NCBI GenBank assembly: GCA_002104905.1
Contig: MCFE01000082.1
Span: forward strand, 62,001 to 126,000
Reading direction: 5' to 3'
Origin: Basidiobolus meristosporus CBS 931.73
Taxonomy: Eukaryota; Fungi; Basidiobolomycota
Length of the DNA stretch: 64,000 nt
Below, one piece after another: positions 52,866 through 64,000 of this stretch. Each line of letters opens with the position of its first letter. The stretch's first letter is position 1. A model generated the notes under the pieces. It did not search any database and had not been told where the DNA came from. It worked only from the letters and a program-made list of their open reading frames with translations. Made by a program: the position numbers and the translations under genes.

Positions 52866-54275
52866 TTATTTCAAGGCAAGGGCATTAGACTCTTTGATCT
52901 CATCAAATCCGTCCGTGGTAACGTTGGAACCAATCCGTCCCAAGAAAATCTTCAATCTCAAGCGGTTTGCTTCCAGGTATAGACGCTGTGGTGTGCCCTT
53001 AATGATCCCACTGTGCACGAGTCTAACAAAGGTGTAAAACTCACACACAGAAAATAGCCTCTCTCTACAAAAAGCGCAGATGTCCTTCGGCTCGTTATCA
53101 AAATCATCGTAGCGGATGCGATACATGATAGGTGTGTTGATATGCTGAAGGCACAGGTTGCAAGTATCGGAAGAGGCAACTGGAATAGATTGTTTCTTGC
53201 AAGGTGTGGAGACTGGCGATGATACGGGTGAACCAGAGTTGACAGTTTCAATTATCAAAGTGCCGGACTGGGTGGCATTGGTGAGCTTGCGTTGTTGGAA
53301 CCAGCCCCGAACATTTGAAGATTCGAATCGCATGGCAGGTTCGATGTCTTCAGTGATGGTCCTCTTGATGAATTTGGAGATGTACATATTCTTGGCATTC
53401 TTGGGAGTGTCGAGAAATTCTTTAAATTCCTCGAAACGAAAGTCACTGAGGTGGAAGGTCAACTCAAGTTCGTTGTTGCCATATTCATAGTCCGAGTATG
53501 AGCTACCATAAGCGGAATCAGAGGGCACTGATGAGAGTGATAACCGGTTGCTGCCACTTCTACTTAATCGATAAGATGATCGAGGGGATCCAGAGACACT
53601 ACCATCCATGAGAGCCATCTCTAACTCATCCCGCTCCTTCTCCATCCTAATTCTTTCTGCGGATTCTTTGTCTTTCTCATCGGCAGTTTGTTCCAACCTT
53701 GATTTTAGGTCATCCAGCTCGTCTTTCTGTGAAGTTGCTAAATCTTGCACCTCAGTGAGTTGGCGTTCCAGGATCGCATACTTGCGCTCAGCTTCAAGTC
53801 TTAATTTCTTCTCAGTGGCCACCATGGAATTTGCCTCTTCAAAAAGCCTGGCCGACAACTCCTCCAATTCGGTTTCGATTTGGATTTTGGCATGTTCGAT
53901 CTCACTTCTTGTGGCTGTCTCGGTTATCAGCTTTTCAGCAAGACTTTGCATATCCAACTGCAGTTGTGAGGCGTCGGAAGTACGGATTTGAGATAGGGTA
54001 GACCGCAAGTCGTCGATGATTCCTTTGGAATTTTTGAGATCAAGTTGCACTTGAGCTAATTCAAATTCGAGAGTGGTCTTTTGTTCGGTTGAGAGCTTCA
54101 GGCTGGTGGATAGTGTGTCATTCTCAAGCTGAAGTCTCTGTATTTGAAATTCGAGCTCGCCTACACGAGCTGTTGAAGCAGCGACATCCAAGCATTCATT
54201 TGAGGAGAGGGAGGATGAAAGAAACTCACGATCTGAGTATAGAGCCCCGCATTGAAGGCAATTGACTTGTGACAT
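52866..54275 (-). CDS. SEC2: Rab (Sec4/Rab8) guanine-nucleotide exchange factor, Sec2/Rabin8-like
   Basis: Coiled coil with IETELEELSARLFEEANSMVA (Sec2 GEF motif) and a C-terminal CxxC..CxxCRERLFSVCEFYTFVRLVHSG. The ATG at 54275 is preferred over the ORF-track start at 54497. Confidence 0.88.
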   Translation of the reverse strand: MSQVNCLQCGALYSDREFLSSSLSSNECLDVAASTARVGELEFQIQRLQLENDTLSTSLKLSTEQKTTLEFELAQVQLDLKNSKGIIDDLRSTLSQIRTSDASQLQLDMQSLAEKLITETATRSEIEHAKIQIETELEELSARLFEEANSMVATEKKLRLEAERKYAILERQLTEVQDLATSQKDELDDLKSRLEQTADEKDKESAERIRMEKERDELEMALMDGSVSGSPRSSYRLSRSGSNRLSLSSVPSDSAYGSSYSDYEYGNNELELTFHLSDFRFEEFKEFLDTPKNAKNMYISKFIKRTITEDIEPAMRFESSNVRGWFQQRKLTNATQSGTLIIETVNSGSPVSSPVSTPCKKQSIPVASSDTCNLCLQHINTPIMYRIRYDDFDNEPKDICAFCRERLFSVCEFYTFVRLVHSGIIKGTPQRLYLEANRLRLKIFLGRIGSNVTTDGFDEIKESNALALK

Positions 54276-55113
54276 GCTATGACTATGGTACGATAATGTG
54301 TGAATGTTCAGCGTCAAGGAATTGATGAAAGCGCTGAATAAAGTTGGAACCAAATATATGGAATACTGATAAACGTTTACTAGGCCGGCGTCGAAAGGGC
54401 TTATATGTGTGGATTGAGGAACCCACCAGATGATTGGTAGATTCTTGCCAACCAATAGGAATATTGAGACCCATGACAAATCCACACTGGAGATCAATAC
54501 ATATATATTCTAACACAGGTATGAAACAAATCCATCAACCCCATTTCCTTTTTTGAGTATATAGGATAATTTTAATTTGAATATACTTGATGAGTTCATC
54601 GAATAGTCCATCAGCGAACAGGTACAGCGTGTCCGTAGAACGCCGAAGAATGGATGGAAAGACAAAGAGCCATGTCCAATCAACACAATGGCCCTCTCTA
54701 TTATAAGGAGTGAAATAAATGGAATTGAAAACGGTGGATGAGAATGAGGATTGTTCCCAAGTGTGTAAATTAAAACATCAACGACAACTGAAGTTGGAAT
54801 AATACAAACGGAATTTCATTTATCGGTTTTGTTATTATTAGGAGCGCCAACGCCTTGACTGTTGTAAATCAGCATTGTATGCTGGCAACCCAGTCGCCTT
54901 CGTTATGCATGCTGGTTTGCAAATGGACACTTGAAAGTCATTCTGATATGTCTGGATAAACTATCCCCATCAATAATGAGATGATGCTATGTTTAATATA
55001 TGTCGTCAGGTGTTGTTCATCACTAGAGCTCGGTAGATTGGACGTTTCAATATGCCATGGATTTTATCGCAAATTTACGAATTGGAGCCCAAGGTATCAT
55101 CTATGTGCGACCA

Positions 55114-56370
55114 TCAGACACTTTCCGACTCTAACCTAATTCGCAGCTTATCGGTGAATATCCGTTCCAACCGCGGAAGTTTTGCCAAATATTGCGCTTC
55201 GCGACAGGAGAAGCTGGAGCTGCGTTGAAGGATCCAAACCGCTTTATTGGCACATCCGCATGCATGTTTGAAACTACCCTTCCAACAACAGGAGGCATTC
55301 AAGTCCCCTGGCACTATTGTCTTGGTGGCTAAGAAAGCCTCAATTGATGGGTTGGTGATGTAATCGACTGGAAATTGATTCGCCTTGCCAAACGTGAATG
55401 AAAAAGAGAACATTCTCAGAGTTTAAGGTATTTTCCACAATTAGTAATGATTCGAATCAAATATTCACTGGATCATGATTCGTGGAAGCCAAGGTATGGG
55501 ACGGCAAATTTTGGCAGCGGCTATACGTAGCTCCATTGTGACACCAAGACTTACCGTAGTACAAAGCCAACAGAGGCCCAAAATCAGATCTCGTGTAATC
55601 CTATAAAGAGTTAGTGGTCAGAGGCACGAAAGCATTCCACACAGAGTTGGCAAGATCTGTCGTTGCTTGGTACTACAAAACCAACGTCCACTGACTAATA
55701 CGGCTGCTCGATCTAAATTTGCAAGCAGAGTTGCGGTTGGCATACTTCACTGATCACTTCCATGTCGTGATGGTGGCTTGTTGCAAAAGCTAGTTCAATC
55801 AACATCGTTGGATGGATATAAACGGATTATGAATTTGACCCATGATGGAATTGGAACACAAAATCCTACTGGTCTCTCTAATCATCCTCCCATATTGGTA
55901 ATGTCTATGGGGCCGATGGAACGTTTAACAACAAATAGTGAGCTATCCTAACTCATAGAACTGTGATCCCATGGTCACAAGCGCAAATACATGATCGATT
56001 GCTCAACAAATATGCATAAGCCTTGCTGCAACATTGCAGGTAGATAGTAATTATGAGCATGTCAGCAGCGCCAGCGATAGTTTTCTTACATTCCCAATAA
56101 CTATTCCAATAGATCCGATTCTCGTGGCTTGATGGGTGTGTGAACTATCTGAACACCGTGTTTAGTAGAAATTGGGTCACACTAGCGCTTTTAGGAACTT
56201 ATGGTCTTTGAGAGTCCACTCGTTCGGAGATAATCCGTGTGCTGTCGATATGATGTTGCAATGCTCTACAATGTTACTGCTCTTTGGGCTGCAGCATCTC
56301 GAACACGGCATATCATTTGAGGGATAATTAATTGGAACCATCACGTAAGATTCACCTGGAAAGATACATA
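55114..56370 (-). pseudogene. Possible decayed coding relic of unknown family
   Basis: Protein-like stretches (YWNSYWECKKTIAGAADMLIITIYLQ; PLPKFAVPYLGFHES; the 99-aa ORF 55114-55413) interrupted by many stops; family not recognised. Confidence 0.2.
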
Positions 56371-56729
56371 GAGTTATATTGAATGTCTAGAATCTTTCAC
56401 ACATATCGCAACCACACTGCCTAGTGCTAAGTTGAATAGATAGAAATTAACTCATTTCGTTGATTTTTAGAAACACTAGCGATTCCGAGTAATATTATTG
56501 GTACATATGGGTCAATCTAAAACGAGCCATTAGTGGCCGTTTATAAATGTACTACAATCAATATATACCAAGATTATGGTTGTAGTTAGCCGTTTTCCTT
56601 TAGTCGAGACTTCGGCAATACTCAGATGTATGGATGAAGGTTAAGTTATATATTATCAGGCCAATGCATGTTTTTGAAAAAGCTATCATACAATATTTGT
56701 AAAAGATCCGCCAGGTAAATACCAACATC

Positions 56730-58690
56730 CTAATCATTGGAGCTCACGGTGGAGTTGCCACTCTCTGCACTGCGGGGAGTATGGCTCTCAGAGCCATCGC
56801 TGTCATAGCTTAAAGTACTCTGAGAGAGTGTGTCATGAAGACCTAGAAATCCTAGTTCTAAAAAGCTAGGGTTCATTTGAACCTCCGATTGCCCCAAGGC
56901 TGAGTCCCACATGTTCGAGAACAGTCCAGAGGATCGATCAATTAAAATGTTCACTTCTTGATTGTATTCTTGCGTTGCCGGAGTCGAATAGATTGACGAG
57001 GATGATGTATCTTCCAAGTTACCTGTGTTCGCCTCGTTGTTCTGATCAGATAGTGTTTCTTGGCTTGAGTCGGAATTGAAATTGTGACTAATGGAGAATA
57101 TACTATCTCCATCACTGAAAGGTTGATATCTAGGCGATGTAGACTGATAGTTAGATGAGACACTAGATCCATCCGAGTAAAAAGTTTGTTCATCTTCCGT
57201 CATCCATGAACTACGCTCTTCCACTGACACATTAGAGTGGATCGAAGGGCCATCGCTACTTTCCACGCTCGCTCCATTATCTCTTGATAAGTCCCATCCA
57301 CAATTAGGGCATTGTGAAATGGAGAAGCGCTCTTGGACGCTGCTGTTGTCTGGAATGATTTCCGATGCACCGTGCAGAAAACTTTCTAAAGGCGGCGAAA
57401 TGGGTGGGATTATTGGACTTGAACAGTAGATGTTAGGATTTCCCCTGGTTGAGTTGCGATCGAGGTAATCTAAAGGCCCAGAATCTTCTGTGCTTGATGA
57501 TCTGCTACCACTGTCTCGATGACGATCAATATTCCCCAAACCAGTTTCTGTTGATATATTCCGAGCAACCAGCTGGTTTTCACTTGTTTCAATGTACGAT
57601 TCATTTGCATCATTGCCCAAAAAACTGCTGTGCCCACCCTGATCATCCTGCTCGAAAGAATAATCCAATAAACCATTAGAGGTATTAGTTCGTTGATGAT
57701 GCTGTCTAACGTTTGTTGAGGTAGCATCCGTTTGATCCCATCTCATCAGTAAAGCAGGCTCTGGTAACTCGGTTACTTCTGTCGTAGAAGGGTTCAAATC
57801 TGTTTCAACCTGCCTCGTGCTGGATTCCACAGTAGGTGTGAAGTTTGTTGAGTTAAAGGTGCTGTTAATAAATATATGATGGATTATATATCAGCTAAAG
57901 CCGAAATTCAAACTGTCATGAAAACCATTGCACACCTCAGAAATGATGAATAATTGCTACGGACGGAGCCGACGTGCCAAAGGAATGGTCAATGAGACAT
58001 CCAAAAGAATGTACTTAATTCAAGATACTTACTCGAACTGTTCAATAGTATTCGTTGAATTAAATGTCGTGTCCTCGGATATGCGGGTCCTGTTAAGCGT
58101 TGATTTAGTAATATAGAGGATCGGTATAAGGATAATGGAGTACATACGAACAGAGAGGCTCAGGTTCTGCAAATATGGGATCCCAGATTTCACCAGTCAT
58201 AAAAGGGTTTTGTTTGTGAAAATCGACCGTGTCAGCAAGTTTACTTTGCCCAACTGAAGTGAGATCGCGTAAGGCTACGAGGGTACTATTCGTTGAGCAG
58301 TGCTTATAGTTTGCTTTGTCGAAACTGTCCAGGAGATATACTTGTTTCTGTAGTGTGTACGATATAGTGGGAGGACCTTTCACAGGTAGCCTACATGTGG
58401 GGCATACTTTATTTACAGCGAACCAACGCACCAAACACGGCCCACAAAATGTATGTCCACATTGCAAAGTATGAGGCTTTTGGAATGTTTCAATACAAAT
58501 ACTGCACTGCAACGCTAAAATTTCGTTAGAGATAACCCTGCACCAATTCACATGCACATATAGGTGGCTTACTCTGGCGTATTGATTGCAGTTGAAAGAG
58601 CAAGTTCTCCGCTAGTTCTGCGGGCTTTACATGCAGTACGGATGAATCACGACTATCTTCGTCGTCATTTAAGGGTGGTGATTTTATCAT
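56730..58690 (-). CDS. C3HC4 RING-finger E3 ubiquitin ligase with a long Ser-rich disordered C-terminus; ~5 exons
   Basis: CSICIETFQKPHTLQCGHTFCGPCLVRWFAVNKVCPTCR. Small exons with canonical splice sites link it in frame to ORF 56730-57830, which contains CPNCGWD. The start could be 58690 or 58813. Confidence 0.8.
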
Positions 58691-59941
58691 GGCGTAACCT
58701 CTATCCTTGGAGCCTAGAAAGATATGTTGAGGTAAATCGCAGGTTATGAGACTTGCTCGCTGCCCATTTAATAATATCAGGCGAAGACAGGGAACAGAAA
58801 ATAGAAGTTGCATGATAAATAACTTATGAGGTGTTCATTGGGTAATTACTCTTCTCCAACAAATAATCAACAACGGCCATTTCTGATGTAGTTTTATTTA
58901 GCATATAGTATTAGTCATGAATCATAGCGTGCTGATCAATATATTCTATAATTTTACATCTGAATCAAACAACGTATTTCGCATTCAACACTATTCATCA
59001 GGCCTACTGAGTCACGAATTTATAATAAGTTAACCATCATTCATACTACATATTCGCTTGGATGTTGACACACATTCATATGATTGACGTAGAGTCAAAT
59101 AGATATATCATTTGCATTTATGACAAATACAGCATTGCTAAGGGTTTTGAAAAATATGTGGATGAGTACGCAATTTGTTACACGGGAGAAAGATAGATGA
59201 TGGAATGATGCACACGGAATAATGAAGCGCGGGCAATGTACAGTTATTCAAACCCCACCTCATCGAAAAGGACATCGAACAACTCGGCATGTAGAACTTC
59301 CTTACACCAAAAAGTGACCAATCAAAGTGGTCGAGAGAATTGCCAAGTTTGGTGCGGTTGACGAAGATGCATCTGGATACCGCCCAATATTGCAAGATTA
59401 GAAGGCAACTTAATAAAGAAACATGAGCATTCAGGAAACCTATATACGTCGTTAGCTTTCCCTGGCAGCACTTTTATCAGGACCCACATATGCACCCCTC
59501 GGGTCCTTCATGGCTTGGCCCTTACTGACATATTCATTGGTTGCCATCACGTCTGCCAATTAGGACATTGTATGGATGTCAATGCATAAACAACCGCTTC
59601 CGTTGTCTGATAATATCAAATCCATGCCCCGCCAACTACCGATTATCATCATGCCACCTTCAGACTGCATCTTCCACGTTAAATACCAAAAGGAATAATC
59701 GCTGCTTACATGGAGCCAAGAGAGCAGATATGTTGAATTTCGAAATTATAAAATTTATTGGGCCAATTTAAATGACTGTACAACGGTATGGGTGAGGGGA
59801 TGAATTTGTTAGGTTACAGGTTCCCTCAGGTCCTATTTTTGGGTATGAAAGGCCAGATAGAAAATAAAACAGTTACTCCTGAGAAACGTGTCTTGGAAGG
59901 AATATTGGATGGGTATCGGATGCGTGTGTACAGTGGTGGTT

Positions 59942-61230
59942 TTAGATATGGATATTGATCAGTGCTTCGTGCTCCAACGCCTCATCTACACTTAGCCTGA
60001 GCCCTGGGTTAGGTTCTAAGAGACGGTGGACAAGAGAGCATCTCTCCGGGGTCAGCTTATTCAATATCGTACGATCCAAGCAGTTTTTACGCCCAATATA
60101 CCCCGAGTAGTTGGGATCAGTGGGTACAGCACTTTGCCAGGGAAATACACCCAATTGGATTGTGAGATATAGAATTCCGAGTGACCAAGAATCTACTTTG
60201 CGGCCATCGTAGCTTTTTGAATTGATATGAACCTCCGGGGCTATGTAGGGGCAAGATCCACTTTTTCCCTTGCTTGGCCGGGGGGTGGCCTCGAAAGCTG
60301 TCTTATATACATCAGCCAAGCCAAAATCAATGAGCTTTGCCTTGTCTTGAGAGTCAAGAAGGATGTTTTCCCCTTTGATGTCTCGATGAACTACGCCAAT
60401 CTTATGCATGTAGGCCACGGCCGAGACCACCTGCTTGAACCATGTGTCTATCTTCTCTGGAGTCAACGTATTCTTACGGGTCTTCATAGCTGAGAATAGG
60501 TCCGTGGGACAGTACTCCATAATCTGGTAGTAGCGGCCATCTTGCACAATAAAATCTAGAGTTTCAATAATATACTGATGATGGAGTAACGACGCGATGG
60601 TGTACTCCGCAAGGATGGTTTTAGCATAGTTTCGAGCGGTTTCATTGGAATCGCGACTACGGAACTGCTTAACCTATAATGGTTTGTTAGGACCGGTATG
60701 ACCATGTCAAATATCTAGCAGACACCTACAGCAAAAAGCTTTCCGTCCGATCTTCTTTGGATAGTTTTGACGATGCCCCAGGCACCTTTGCCTAGGATAG
60801 GACCATCTAAGCGACCGTATTTTGTAAGATCGCAAGTGCAGCTGTCAGAAAATCCTTTGCCGGCGGCCGGTGCTTTGATCGAGCTGGCTCTAGCAACGTT
60901 TTTTCCTTGACTGTGGCTATTTTCTCGGTTATTGAATATTTTCTTGGCTGGCGACACAAACTTTCCAACGAAGGACGGCTTGCTTTTCAAACGTATGGAG
61001 GATGTGGGCGAGCTCTCAGAGGAGGAAATCGAGTTATTCAGGCTTCCACGATTCACATCGATGGGTTGGAGAACAGGCTTCTCCACTTTAGAATCGTATT
61101 GCCTCTTGCTATTCAGTGCAAACTCGCCGAGGCATTCACCGTTCGGTGGGTATTGGCCAGTGGTCATATCATCTGATATGAGGCTGGTGTTCATGAAATG
61201 ATTGCTCCTAGGCAATGTAATCGCTGTCAT
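59942..61230 (-). CDS. HAL/NPR-family Ser/Thr kinase (Sat4/Hal5/Npr1-like); intron 60674-60729
   Basis: LGKGAWGIV, FA|VKQFR, AEYTIASLLHH.YIIETLD, IMEYCP.DLF, HRDIKGENILL, KLIDFGLADVYK, GSCPYIAPE, LGVFPWQSA. Confidence 0.9.
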
Positions 61231-64000
61231 CGCAGAGATATGTTAAGGCACAAAGAACGGAAAAAAAGAACTTCGGGCAAAAGAAAAAATAAATGACAAA
61301 AAACTGTATGATGTCGAGAGGCAATGGACATCCAATTATTGCGAGACTAAGTTGAAGCTTTAGAGAGATCCAACAAGCAGATTTATATGGGAAACGAAAC
61401 GGCGATGTAATTCTACGGATATTAGTGCTTTGACCGAGTTTATATAATCGAGATTTGCCTGATGGGTAGCGGGAATGAATGGACTCCCTAATACGCGACT
61501 ACTCGTATATGGGCCATAGAAACAACATGGAGTACAATACATGATGCTGCATAAGAAAACGACTAATATGGAAGACTCGATATTTGGATGATAGGACCGG
61601 AGAGGTTCATGAACATTTTTCCTTTTCTTACATCATAGAATTAGCTAGATTGTGCAACTATTGATCTTAGTTACATTTGAATGCCAATTTGAGTAGAGAA
61701 CCAATATGTAAAACTCCTAATGGAAGCACACGAAACATTCAGGCGGAGCGGAGTGGATATTTGTAGTAGCGCAATAAGTCCACCGATCCATTCCCATTGG
61801 TATTGCCATATGGAAGCCTGGGTGATTTAGCTTTGAATCTCCAAGTGTAAGGGTTGCCTAACCAATCGTTTAGTTCTTAAACAAGAATAACTCATGATTG
61901 GACCAACAATGCTATCTGAAAAGTTCCAACTTGGGTCATTGGAATTTCACTGCATTCAACCAGGGGTCACCAGCATGACACCAGGTACAAACAAGGCAGC
62001 CACCAATAAAACATTCTCCTAACCCTGCCCGTTCCCTTTTCAGGTCCCTTCCTTGATTTGTAGCTAACTCAACTTATTCTTTATCATATTGCAACATTGG
62101 GACACTCACTCTCAAGTAAATTGGACCAGTTTGAGTTTCACTAATCGGTAGTTTGCTTGGCAAACTCTGATTATGTGTAATGAGCGCCATCTTGTGGGCT
62201 TGAAACTCAGAAGCCAATATCCATCATGTGGACGGCCGGTAGCTGTTGCTGTACAAATGTTGGAGACACGGGATGAGGCTGAGCAAACAGAGAGTTGGCT
62301 AGCCTGTGTACGATTAGCCGTTAAAGCCACAATCGAAACAAAACACCTAGAATGCTTCGGCTCCTTCAACTTCAATGATCATGTCGGCTACCCTGAATAT
62401 CAGGTGAAGATTTCTATTACTCTATATGGTCCGGTGCCCTCGGTATGACCTAGCATTTGTGCTTCAGATTAAAACCATATCGAAACCACATGGAAACCCT
62501 GAGATGGGGTAAACGATTCATGAAATTATTGAACTTGAATCAACCACACGATCCCGTCACACGCCTATCACCACCATACATGGTGGGCAGCTCCTCCTCT
62601 TTTTGCATGTGGCCCATCTGTGCTACTGAGAGACATGCCCAGACCTTTCATGAGACTTTCGATTTCCTGCTCTATTGGTGCGGATAAATTCTGGTGAACC
62701 CGATGTCTGGAGGTCTCATGCATTCTACGATCATTGATTCAAGACAGTTATATTTTAAAATTGAACCAAGGAAGCTGACCAGAATGGATTGCTACTATAA
62801 TGGTTAGCAGAGCAACTTGTGCTTTTGTACTACAAGATATCCCAAGTGGGGCTAGGGTTAGTGATGCATATCAGAATTGCCAGAAATGATAATCCATCAT
62901 GATTTCTCAATATTCGAAAGGGGTGTAACCTATTGTCGGCTGTGGGATAGGTCCTTACTAGTTTCACTAGATGGTTGCAATCATTCGGATTGAGGGTTTG
63001 CTTCTCCACGATTTGTGCCGGAGTTTCTGCACGACTTCACCAGATAGTGGCTACGAACAACCCTATGGAATGTGAGATAAAGAAGCAATGGCACATAGGC
63101 TAACTGCTCTTTCAGGGCACAACTACCGAGCATTGAGAGGCGTTTGTAAGTCGATTGAAGGATCATTGAGACCACGAGTACTACTTGCCAATGTTAGTCG
63201 ATCTTAAGACAACCGATATGAAAATCTCATCAGAAATCCAGACTCCGGTTGTCATTACATACGAAATAACTGGCGCCAATGAGTGTAAACATCTTTCAAG
63301 CTATTCGAGAAAGTTTCTGGTTCAAGAAGTTCATCGTCACCCATGTTGAGTGCATTCCCAGATGAAGCGATAACGGACAATCGCAGTACGCCCAACCTCT
63401 AATCATACAGGTTCCCAACTAGTAATGTTGAATAATTTCGTACTTTCAAATTCAATCCGCTGGAGGATAGTGGGCTGGTCATGGGATGCTCAACCTTCGT
63501 AATTCCTATGCAATGTCCCATTCATGCTTAAGTTTGCGGTCTTCAATACCTCTGCTACACATCTATGACGTCACCACGAGGAAAGCCAGGTTATTAGTAA
63601 GCGCTAAATAACGCAATCACCCTAGGTTGCGCATCCATCAGTGATCGTCAGGAAAACAATTCGATTATATGCTAGTCTCGAAATATGGGCTTTTCAAGAA
63701 TCCCAGGTAAATCTAGGAGCAGGTTGGTAGGAGATGTTGGTCCAGATTATGGCTGAAAAAAAAGTCCCCTCCCCTCTCCCCCAGCATTAGTCAAGTTACT
63801 TGATGAATCATAGACAATTTGGTTGCGAAAACTATATCCACTGGTTCAACTGGAACTGTTTGTTGACTCAACTTAGTATTCAGTATGTCTGATTTAAAGG
63901 TAACTTCCAGGTTCACATTCTTTTACTCAGGCTGAACTGTTTGTAACTGCTCCCTTTTCCAGGAAGAAAATGACCTTATTGATCACTCTACATTTGATCA

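Noticed and set aside
54276-54497. 74-aa hydrophobic N-terminal extension of SEC2 in the ORF track
   Set aside because: It relies on a non-ATG start and is not Sec2-like; the ATG at 54275 is more plausible
62173-63200. Possible RUN-domain or aminoglycoside-phosphotransferase-like relic
   Set aside because: Only vague motif resemblance (MIIHHDF..RLWD); not enough to name a family without a search

Overview
Eukaryotic (fungal) genomic DNA with no sign of a prokaryotic operon. Genes carry short (~50-60 nt) GT-AG introns with CTAAC-type branch points. WNK and STK32/YANK-like kinases, both absent from yeasts, point to an early-diverging fungus (Zoopagomycota/Mucoromycota-like; inference only). 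About 19 apparently intact genes were reconstructed by hand across introns: TAF2 fused to at least six bromodomains (runs off the left edge), a PWWP + TFIIS-N-like chromatin protein with an acidic 13-aa repeat tail, RPL38, ADE13, an STK32-like AGC kinase, SCO1, a PHOSPHO2-like HAD phosphatase, a homeodomain TF, 3-hydroxyacyl-CoA dehydrogenase, a 657-aa disordered protein, SFH5, a GT8 glycosyltransferase, a CreA/Mig1-type C2H2 TF, a WNK kinase with a SAM-like tail, NAD(P)HX dehydratase, a secreted Trp/Thr/Ser-rich protein, RPS21, SEC2, a RING E3 ligase and a HAL/NPR kinase. Several long intergenic gaps contain decayed gene relics, one recognisable as a pepsin-like protease. No tRNA, rRNA, CRISPR array or clear transposon was found. 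Coordinates for multi-exon genes are outer bounds read by eye; some start codons are uncertain.
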